Assembly (NCBI GenBank): GCA_964514965.1
Contig: CAZETV010000001.1
Coordinates: forward strand, 843,063 to 875,062
From: Candidatus Hadarchaeota archaeon
Lineage (GTDB): Archaea; Hadarchaeota; Hadarchaeia; Hadarchaeales; Hadarchaeaceae
Reading direction: 5' to 3'
DNA length: 32,000 bases
Part shown: positions 18,692 to 26,048 of the stretch, piece after piece
Numbering within the stretch: the first letter of the stretch is position 1
Layout of the letters: every line of letters starts with the position of its first letter
The notes under the pieces: model-generated
Told to the model about the DNA's origin: nothing
The model's database searches: none
What the model saw: only the letters and a program-made list of their open reading frames with translations
Translations under genes and position numbers: made by a program

Positions 18692-19789
18692 ATGGAATAT
18701 CTAAAGCGGGACACAAAATTGATGTGCGAGTGTTCTTTTCAATGGCAGGAAAAACTGGACTTCGAATTAGAACGGCGGTATAAAGTTAGAGGGACAGATG
18801 GGTTAGTTGCTAATGCCATCGTGACGTGTCCGAATTGCGGGTACGAAGGGCTCGCAAGGGGAATAATACCGGCGAACTCCTCTCCGCTCACGTTTTACTT
18901 AAAGCGAGAGTTCTCCCTTTACTATCCGCGAGGTGGATGGAAACATCAATCTGATTTAGAAGAGGTAGAAGGGAAAGAGAATTTTAATCCGGCGAATCTT
19001 GAAATACCTTCGCTGAGCGTTCACCTCTATGAAGATCCATTAATCGAAAATCTGGACCTAAAAGAAATAGCCTATTACCTTGAACAAAAATTAGGGAGCA
19101 TCTCAGTAGATATAAGGAGACCATTTTTTACAGAGACTTCTGCGCCGCATACGAAAGATCTTGCTGAGGAGTTAGCTAACGCCAGAGTTCAAGATTTTTA
19201 CAATCCCGCTGTTGAACTTGGGCCCATTGCTGCGGAAGTCGAAACTGAGCGGAACTGGCTACGTAATGTAAATATGAAGACGCAGGTGTTCTACGACGGT
19301 TTCAAACTCCTAGCCGCGGCTCGTGAATTACTGGAGGAAGATGAATCTACCCTTCAACATATTCACCTTATTTTTACACATCGCATTTTCGGAACTTGGG
19401 ATGAAAAAGACAGAAGGTATCACGCTCGTCTAAGTGTTTGTGGCTTACCCAACCTGATATCATCCACCGGGATAGTAGAGGCCCCGGCTAAGCCGAGAAA
19501 TTTTTATAGCTCAAAACGAAAATCCGTGGAAAGTAAGGAGTTAAAAGAGCGGTTCATGGAGGCATTTGTTGATTACGACGATCAGCGATTAACAGAGGTC
19601 ATGAAGGGGTACGCAATACAAGCAATTCTCTACCATCTTACTTTAAGGCCTTTCTGTACCGATGATCAATGCCGTCTCTTTAATGCGCACTGGCAAGAGG
19701 AAATCATTAAGACCCAATTAGAAAAACCGGAGTTCTGTGCTTACCACCAGAAAGTGTTGGATGGCTGGAGAAAGAAATTCTCTAGTTAA
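18692..19789 (+). CDS. Conserved archaeal protein of unknown function, Cys/His-rich; possible metallopeptidase-like family preceded by a zinc-ribbon-like segment
   Basis: 365 aa; VTCPNCGYEG near the N-terminus, then SVHLYEDPLIENLDLKEIAYYLEQKLG, and C-terminal RPFCTDDQCRLFNAHWQEE..EFCAYHQKVL. Family assignment is from memory and weak; start uncertain. Confidence 0.6.
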   Translation: MEYLKRDTKLMCECSFQWQEKLDFELERRYKVRGTDGLVANAIVTCPNCGYEGLARGIIPANSSPLTFYLKREFSLYYPRGGWKHQSDLEEVEGKENFNPANLEIPSLSVHLYEDPLIENLDLKEIAYYLEQKLGSISVDIRRPFFTETSAPHTKDLAEELANARVQDFYNPAVELGPIAAEVETERNWLRNVNMKTQVFYDGFKLLAAARELLEEDESTLQHIHLIFTHRIFGTWDEKDRRYHARLSVCGLPNLISSTGIVEAPAKPRNFYSSKRKSVESKELKERFMEAFVDYDDQRLTEVMKGYAIQAILYHLTLRPFCTDDQCRLFNAHWQEEIIKTQLEKPEFCAYHQKVLDGWRKKFSS

Positions 19790-19933
19790 AATCAATGATT
19801 GTTAGATGGCTTTGCTCCTTTTCGATTCTGCCCCTAGAAAATTTGAACCTACCCAAGCCCGCTATAATCGATAAGCACGCCCACGACGACCGGTGAGCAG
19901 AGTTGTTCTAGTACCGGTACCCATTGTGAGCAG

Positions 19934-21130
19934 CTATCTAGTCATCGCTCTCTTGAAGACCGGTATTGCAATCATTATCATTACGGTTCCGAATCCTATC
20001 AACACCGCTAGCTCAGTAGCTATAGCCGGTATCCCAGCCCCAAGAGTCATAACCTTTCTCAAAGCGGTTGTTGCGTACGTTAATGGAAGCACCTTCGAAA
20101 TGCCCTGCATGAACCAAGGCATCTGTTCTATTGGAAAGAATACCCCGCTCAAGAACATCATGGGGAACATTATCGTCATCATCATCATGGACGCCGTTTC
20201 CTCGTTTTTCGCGAATGATGTAATCACAATGCCCAAGCCCACAAAGCTGAATACCCCTAGCAACAACAGGGCGAAAATCAGTGCAATGTTTCCGTAGATA
20301 GTAACGCCGAAGAGAAACACTGCCAACACGAGTATTACGATTCCTTGTATAATCCCTCTAACCATCTGGGCGATCGTTTTTCCAAGCAGTATTGACAATC
20401 TATTGACCGGCGCTGCCATCATACCGTCTAGAGTACCCACCTCTTTTTCATGGGAGATAGCGCGGGGCAGTGCCGTCATCAGGGACATCATTACCACCAT
20501 CGCTATTATCCCCGGTGCCACAAACTGGAAATAGTTCGGGCTCCCCGACACAATTCCACTTGTCTCGACATTATACGGTCTTATCAGCGCTAATGCGGTA
20601 TCTGCGCCGAGGGATGGATTAAGTTGTTGGACGTTTTGTTGGGCCAGCCAGATACCCATCTGGTCGATTGTCTGTGTCAAAACACTTTGCATCATCTGGG
20701 AAATTTGGGGGTTTGATTGGTCCGTGATTATTGTTACGGTCGCCTGTTTACCCATCATCAAATTTTCTGAAAAATTTTCTGGTATGATTATGCCGCCGTG
20801 AATGTCACCATTTTGAATTTTGGTTTTTATGTCGTCGAAACTGGTAGCACTAGTGAGTTCCATCATGCCAGTTTGGTTATTTATCGCCTCTAACTGCGAT
20901 ACAAACATATGGCTTGCAGAGTTATCATTATCGTACCCCGCATCTAAGTTTGCTAATCCAACCGGCAAGTTATTGATTGAGCCGCTGCTTGGAAATATGT
21001 AACCGACCATCAACATCATGAGGAGCGGCATCAGAACTAACATCACCAACAACATTTTAACCCTAGTAAGTTCTAACAAGTCTTTCCAAGCGATCCACAG
21101 ACTATGCGAAAGCGTCCTCTTTATCCCCAT
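19934..21130 (-). CDS. ABC-2 type transporter permease
   Basis: 398 aa: N-terminal TM, long extracytoplasmic domain, C-terminal TM bundle with EKEVGTLDGMMAAPVNRLSILLGKTIAQ and MFLSGVFFPIEQMPWFMQGISKVLPLTYATTALR. Confidence 0.93.
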   Translation of the reverse strand: MGIKRTLSHSLWIAWKDLLELTRVKMLLVMLVLMPLLMMLMVGYIFPSSGSINNLPVGLANLDAGYDNDNSASHMFVSQLEAINNQTGMMELTSATSFDDIKTKIQNGDIHGGIIIPENFSENLMMGKQATVTIITDQSNPQISQMMQSVLTQTIDQMGIWLAQQNVQQLNPSLGADTALALIRPYNVETSGIVSGSPNYFQFVAPGIIAMVVMMSLMTALPRAISHEKEVGTLDGMMAAPVNRLSILLGKTIAQMVRGIIQGIVILVLAVFLFGVTIYGNIALIFALLLLGVFSFVGLGIVITSFAKNEETASMMMMTIMFPMMFLSGVFFPIEQMPWFMQGISKVLPLTYATTALRKVMTLGAGIPAIATELAVLIGFGTVMIMIAIPVFKRAMTR

Positions 21131-21134
21131 GATA

Positions 21135-22152
21135 TCACCTTATCCTCGGCTTTGTCCCCCTACCATGTCTGAATCCAGTCTCCACTTTCTCGGATACCTG
21201 TTCTCTCACCTCATGTCCAGTGAGGTGCAAAAATACATCTTCAAGCGTGGGTTCAAGATTGTTTATCGATATTATTTTTCCTTTATTTGCCCGTATTGCG
21301 TCAACTATATCATCAAATGATTCATCTCCCTTGGCGCGGACTTTAACGCGCGTCTCGCTCTCCCTAATGACAGATTTAACAGACTCCAGCGATTTTATCA
21401 GCGATAGCAGTTGATTATTGAGATTGGAAATGTTTAATTCAAAGGTATTCCCGCCGTTAACCATCTTTTTTAAATTATGTGAGGTGTTGAGGTCGATTAT
21501 CTTTCCATAGTCCATTATGCCGATTCGATTGCATAAAATGTCTGCTTCGACCATCATGTGCGTTGTGAGAATTATCGTTATCTTTCTCTCTTGGTTAATT
21601 TTGCGTATGAACTCACGGATCTCACTACTAGATTGCGGGTCCAAACCGAGAGTTGGCTCCATCCAAAAATAACACCTTGGGCATGTTGAGAAGTGCTCTG
21701 ATTATGTTGATTCTCTGTTTCATGCCGGTCGAGTACGTTCCCACTTGCTTGTTTTGCCATTTCTCCATATGAACGAGTTCGAGCATTTCCTTAATCCTAC
21801 TCCTTAGCAAATCATTTGGGATATCATACAATTTTCCGAAAAACTTTAGATTCTCCTTGGCAGTCAATCGGTCGTACATAATCATCTTTTCGGATACTAA
21901 ACCAACGAGCTCTCTTACCTTGTTGTCATCTTTCACTATGTCATGGCCACCAATTGTAGCTGTGCCTTTCGTCGGCCTAGTTAGCGTGCAGAGCATCCTT
22001 ATCGTCGTGCTTTTGCCCGCGCCGTTAGGCCCTAATAGGCCGAATATCTCGCCTTCCTTCACGTCAAAGGAAGCATGGTCAACTGCCGTAATTCCATTGA
22101 ATTTTTTTGTTAAGTTTTTTACTTTAATCCTATTTTTTCCCATCAAATACAC
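21135..22152 (-). pseudogene. ABC transporter ATP-binding protein, interrupted by a +1 nt frameshift at about 21658-21662 (pieces 21628-22152 and 21135-21662)
   Basis: Upstream piece has Walker A GLLGPNGAGKSTTIRML, signature TYSTGMKQRINIIRAL and ends VLFLDG|ANSRFG; downstream piece starts MEPTLGLDPQSS...TTHMMVEADILCNRIGIMDYGKI. Removing one G from GATGGAGCC restores LFLDEPTLGLDP. Confidence 0.88.
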
Positions 22153-22200
22153 CTACAACAACTTTTTGCTCTATTGTTTTGGCGCTGGCTAACGTTTCAG

Positions 22201-22439
22201 CTATCTTTTATTTTTTTCGATTTGTTTCCTCAACCTTTCGAACTTTTCTTGCATATGTAGCAATGTTTCCGCTTTCGTTACTCCAAATCCTTCATCTCTC
22301 AGTCCGCCGATGAACATCAGCGTATCACCGGGCTTAATATTGGAATATTCCCTTAATTTGGCGGGTATCACTATCTGCCCTTTGTCCCCACGATGGCGGA
22401 ACCGTAGAATCTGGGCCTAAATTCTCTTTTCTTCTTCAT
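22201..22439 (-). pseudogene. AbrB/SpoVT-like DNA-binding protein, interrupted by a 1-nt frameshift at about 22378-22380
   Basis: Hand translation gives MKKKREFRPRFYGSAIVGTKG|(frameshift)|QIVIPAKLREYSNIKPGDTLMFIGGLRDEGFGVTKAETLLHMQEKFERLRKQIEKNKR. Length 239 nt is one short of a multiple of 3; the break is in a GGG run. Confidence 0.8.
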
Positions 22440-22630
22440 TTGGCCTCTCCTTAAACTTTTTCCACTTGTTATACATATCATACAAGTATAAAAAGTTTTC
22501 GACATGTGACATGTGGCACATATTGTTACCCATTCAGATTTCGAAAATAAAAAGTGTGGGGGAATTTCAGCCCCAGTTTACAGGTAAAAATTTAGTAGAC
22601 GGGAAGGCAAAGAGTAATTCTAAACCGCTT

Positions 22631-23410
22631 TTAATCCTTTTGAGCCACCAAATCCTTTTTTCCCCAGAGATAAATCCATCCTAGCTTTCCCTCGATTTTG
22701 TAGTCTTTGAAGTTGGTCTTTGACATCATTTCTTCGATTTCTTGACTCGTATAGCTGGCGAGTAAAGAACCCTTTGGTTCATTGATCTTTCTTATTACAT
22801 CCGCGCCAATCACTCTAAGAGCCACGTTCTGAGCGAACCACAAAAGCCAAAAGAATAGCTTTCGAGCGTCCCTCCTTAAATCGAGTATCAGCATCTGCCC
22901 GCCAGGTTTCAGGACACGATAAATTTCATTGAATGCGGAGTGAGGATCAGCCCAATGGTGAAGCGATAGGGTGCTTACTATGAAGTCTTGAGTGTCATCG
23001 CCGAAAGGCAAATGGTCAGTGGAGCCTAGTTTGAATTCAACCCTTCCGCTGAGACCCATTGAATCAAAATTGGCCATTGCTCTTTCCAACATCTCCTTTG
23101 AAATGTCTACACCTAGCAATTTGTATCTTGGTAATTTCTCAGCGATGGTTAGCAAAAGATACCCAGGTCCGCATCCAACATCCGTGATTGATCCTTTAAC
23201 AGCATGTTTCTTCAGTTTCTTAACGAAATTTCGTCTAATCAACCCAAATTGTGGCATGCGACTTATGCGATCATACGCCTCCGCTGCCCGAGGGTCTTCT
23301 ATTCCTTCGATGCTTGTCTTCCGCGGGGTCTTCAGCCGGAACGAGCCAAGAAGCATCGTCAGAAACAGAACCGAGCAAAAAGCAAAAATCAAGAGGTCAA
23401 TTGGGCTCAT
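22631..23410 (-). CDS. Class I SAM-dependent methyltransferase with N-terminal TM segment
   Basis: 259 aa with ITDVGCGPGYLLLTIAEKLPRYKLLGVDISKEML, TQDFIVSTLSLHHWADPHSAFNEIYRVLKPGGQMLILDLRRDA. Confidence 0.9.
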   Translation of the reverse strand: MSPIDLLIFAFCSVLFLTMLLGSFRLKTPRKTSIEGIEDPRAAEAYDRISRMPQFGLIRRNFVKKLKKHAVKGSITDVGCGPGYLLLTIAEKLPRYKLLGVDISKEMLERAMANFDSMGLSGRVEFKLGSTDHLPFGDDTQDFIVSTLSLHHWADPHSAFNEIYRVLKPGGQMLILDLRRDARKLFFWLLWFAQNVALRVIGADVIRKINEPKGSLLASYTSQEIEEMMSKTNFKDYKIEGKLGWIYLWGKKDLVAQKD

Positions 23411-23707
23411 GTTTGGTCAATTCAACTAATATGCCAGCTACTTTAAGATAATAGGATTTACAGACTCGTATTTTGCAATGCGTTTTCAATGTTTGAACGT
23501 TATGTGGGGAATGGATTTGAACCTCCGACCCCTTACAGAACTAGCCCCTCAAGCAAAAATCCTGCTCGAATCCTGCCTAGTTGCGAAAAATAGTTTTGGA
23601 TATTTGAATGAGGGATTGAGCCTATCTGGGTCCGCCATTGAAAGAGAGGGATTTTTCAACCACAAGAATTAAAGAAGAGAACATCAAAAAGTTATTTTGG
23701 GGTATAA

Positions 23708-24904
23708 TTGGCGAGGTCTAAAAAGCGTTTTACGACTGGTTTTCTTTCAGGTTTGGTAGCGGTAACATTCATAGTCGGCTTGTTTGCAGGGGGAACCCTA
23801 AGTTATTTGGTAACTTCACAGAGGATAAGTGACCTGGAAAATCAAGTCTCGACGCTCCAAGACCAAATTTCCGATCTTCAACCTTCAGAAAATATTGTCT
23901 ACATATTTGGTGATAACACTTCACTTTCTGAGTTATACGACGAAACCAAAAACTCGATTGTGTTAATCGAGGGAGTTATCGCGCAAACTACGATATTCGG
24001 CACGCAGTACACGCAGGTTCAAGGGTCTGGGTTTGTAGACAATTACGAAGGACAAATGGTTATCGTTACAAACTTCCACGTAGTTGATGGTGCTACAGAC
24101 ATTATCGTGACTTTCAGGGATGGAAATACGTATCCAGCAACCGTACTAGGTTCGGACCCATATGCCGACTTAGCAGTACTTTCAACAAACGCTCCAGAGA
24201 ATGAGTTGATGCCTCTTGAAATCGTTAGTTCATCAACCTTGAAAGTAGGCGACCCCGTGGTGGCGATTGGCAATCCATTTGGCCTTACGGGGTCTATGAC
24301 TGCGGGGATAGTAAGTCAGCTTGGCCGGACGATAAGAGAATCGACGGTCAGCTTTTCAATCGCGGACATTATCCAAACTAGCGTGCAGATTAATCCCGGC
24401 AACTCTGGTGGACCGTTGATTAACTATCTCGGCCAAGTTGTTGGGATAACCACGGCCATAATATCCGATTCCCAAGGGCTTGGTTTTGCGGTCCCGTCTA
24501 ACACAATACTGCGGGAAGTAGGGTCGTTAGTAAAAACGGAGTCTTACACCCAACATTCTTGGTTGGGCGTTACCGGGACGGATATGAACTATAGAATCGC
24601 TCAATTGATGAACACGGATTTCACTTACGGATGGCTGATTACCCAAGTGGTGAGTGGGGGGCCAGCTGATGAGGCGGGTTTGCACGGCGGCACAACACAA
24701 GGTCAAACCGTAGAAGGGACGGTAATAATCGGTGGGGATATTATAATAGCCATTGGAGGAACCAGCATTGTGAATGGAGACGCTCTCTTGACTTATCTCG
24801 AAGAGTACACTTTGCCGAACCAGACAGTCGAACTGACAATCGTGAGAAACAATCAGACAATGACCCTTCCGGTCGAGCTTGGAACGCGGCCTTCACCAAG
24901 TTGA
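23708..24904 (+). CDS. HtrA/DegP-like membrane-anchored trypsin-like serine protease with PDZ domain
   Basis: 398 aa; N-terminal TM then coiled coil; catalytic His (IVTNFHVVDGA), Asp (YADLAVL), Ser (QINPGNSGGPLIN); C-terminal PDZ-like GGPADEAGLHGG...GDIIIAIGGTSI. Confidence 0.93.
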   Translation: MARSKKRFTTGFLSGLVAVTFIVGLFAGGTLSYLVTSQRISDLENQVSTLQDQISDLQPSENIVYIFGDNTSLSELYDETKNSIVLIEGVIAQTTIFGTQYTQVQGSGFVDNYEGQMVIVTNFHVVDGATDIIVTFRDGNTYPATVLGSDPYADLAVLSTNAPENELMPLEIVSSSTLKVGDPVVAIGNPFGLTGSMTAGIVSQLGRTIRESTVSFSIADIIQTSVQINPGNSGGPLINYLGQVVGITTAIISDSQGLGFAVPSNTILREVGSLVKTESYTQHSWLGVTGTDMNYRIAQLMNTDFTYGWLITQVVSGGPADEAGLHGGTTQGQTVEGTVIIGGDIIIAIGGTSIVNGDALLTYLEEYTLPNQTVELTIVRNNQTMTLPVELGTRPSPS

Positions 24905-24947
24905 AGTCCCGGAAAATAATCGTGGTTAGAATCTCGCCTAATCTGAC

Positions 24948-24955
24948 TATTTAAT
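24948..24955 (+). promoter_or_regulatory. TATA-box-like element for tRNA-Arg(CCG)
   Basis: TATTTAAT about 23-30 nt upstream of the tRNA 5' end. Confidence 0.45.
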
Positions 24956-24977
24956 TTTCTCGCACACACTAACTAAC

Positions 24978-25071
24978 GGGCCGGTAGTCTAGCCTGGATA
25001 ACGTTATAAGCGTACAGAGAGGACGTGAGCCTCCGGAGCTCGCGGCACGGGTTCGAATCCCGTCCGGCCCG
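24978..25071 (+). tRNA. tRNA-Arg (anticodon CCG, 25033-25035) with 20-nt intron in the D-loop (25000-25019)
   Basis: Acceptor GGGCCGG/CCGGCCC; T arm ACGGG TTCGAAT CCCGT; anticodon arm TGAGC CTCCGGA GCTCG. Removing 20 nt restores D arm GTCT AGCCTGGATA GGAC; intron has inner hairpin ACGTT ATA AGCGT flanked by CTGG/ACAG and 3-nt bulges ATA/AGA (relaxed BHB). Confidence 0.87.
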
Positions 25072-25146
25072 CTTTTGTACTGTTAGACTAAAGAAGCGAA
25101 CCCCATTTGTTTTTTACTTAATGAGTTGAGAAATTATTGAGATATT

Positions 25147-25629
25147 ATGGGAAAAATAGCAATTGAAATTGTAGAACTCGTTCTTAGCATATTGGTTTGC
25201 CAGGTTGCAGGCTTTATAGGTTCAATCTTCACCGTTCCATCGATTCCGACTTGGTACAAAAGCCTGAAAAAGCCATCCTTTGCCCCGCCCAACAGGATTT
25301 TCGCCCCGGTTTGGATTACTCTTTACACCATCATGGGTATATCCCTTTATCTCATCCTGCGCGAAGGCTTGGGTAATCTGCAAGTGCAAGTAAGCATGGG
25401 AATTTTTGGCATCCAGCTAGTCTTGAATATCATTTGGTCATTTGTTTTCTTCGGTAAGAAGTCACTTCTCGGTGGGCTTATAGCAATTGCGGTTCTCTGG
25501 ATTGCTATTTTGTTGACTATAATCAGTTTTCTTAGTGTTTCACAATTGGCCGGGCTGCTGTTAGTGCCTTACATTTTATGGTCGAGTTTCGCCGCGATTC
25601 TAAATTACTCAATACTGAAGTTAAATTGA
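25147..25629 (+). CDS. tspO: TspO/MBR family membrane protein
   Basis: 160 aa, five TM segments, with TWYKSLKKPSFAPPNRIFAPVWITLYTIMGISLYLI and LVLNIIWSFVFFG, WxxLKKPxFxPPxxxFxPVW signature. Confidence 0.92.
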   Translation: MGKIAIEIVELVLSILVCQVAGFIGSIFTVPSIPTWYKSLKKPSFAPPNRIFAPVWITLYTIMGISLYLILREGLGNLQVQVSMGIFGIQLVLNIIWSFVFFGKKSLLGGLIAIAVLWIAILLTIISFLSVSQLAGLLLVPYILWSSFAAILNYSILKLN

Positions 25630-25760
25630 GGTGTGACGTGGGCAAAAGGTATGAGTTCTACAGCAAGCCCTAAACTACGCAATTTTAGGTCGGAATCCCG
25701 TTCGCCCCCGCTTCATTTTGAGGGCTCGGAAGCTTCTTTTAATTTTTCGTTGTTCTAAGC

Positions 25761-25803
25761 AAAAAATAGGTGTGGGGGAGAGAACTTTTGTCATTCCTCC
25801 CCC
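25761..25803 (-). terminator. Hairpin plus T-run downstream of the radical SAM/peptide cassette
   Basis: On the minus strand GGGGAG-loop-CTCCCC followed about 10 nt later by TATTTTTT. Confidence 0.4.
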
Positions 25804-25828
25804 TGATTAGCTTTTGATTAAGGTCGTT

Positions 25829-26020
25829 TCATCCGCAGCAGCACACTACCAATCCCAGAGCGCTGGCTCTAACACCTCGCTCTAATTTTTCGATTACCAA
25901 GTTGGGAACAGTCCTTATTTCCTCGGCCAAAGCAGCCTCAATTTGTGGTGTAGTCTTGATTTGAAGGACTTCCCCCAATGCTGGTTGCTTCGCTAACTTT
26001 GCCCTTTGCGTAAGTATCAC
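25829..26020 (-). CDS. Small peptide, candidate RiPP precursor with C-terminal ...GLVVCCCG
   Basis: 63 aa (GTG start): MILTQRAKLAKQPALGEVLQIKTTPQIEAALAEEIRTVPNLVIEKLERGVRASALGLVVCCCG; sits 28 nt downstream of the radical SAM stop, with a strong AAAGGAGGTGAT ribosome-binding sequence; the GTG overlaps that sequence so exact start is uncertain. Confidence 0.6.
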   Translation of the reverse strand: MILTQRAKLAKQPALGEVLQIKTTPQIEAALAEEIRTVPNLVIEKLERGVRASALGLVVCCCG

Positions 26021-26048
26021 CTCCTTTTTCGATACTGAATTTAATTTA

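Noticed and set aside
18454-18783. 109-aa ORF beginning MRREKPENRGFESLRARYL
   Set aside because: Starts inside tRNA-Arg(TCG) and overlaps the start of the 365-aa ORF; this type of N-terminus is a classic tRNA-overlap artefact.
21135-22152. Programmed ribosomal frameshifting in the ABC ATPase
   Set aside because: No slippery heptamer or downstream structure was evident, and the Walker B location plus similar G-run lesions elsewhere favour mutation or assembly error.
22466-22684. 72-aa ORF between the AbrB-like gene and the methyltransferase
   Set aside because: AT-rich leader region, overlaps the 3' end of the methyltransferase gene on the other strand, no domain.
23478-23672. 64-aa ORF MRFQCLNVMWGMDLNLRPLTELAPQ...
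   Set aside because: MDLNLRPLTELA is typical of translation across an antisense tRNA-like sequence; no full tRNA could be folded, so it is reported only as a weak T-arm-like fragment.
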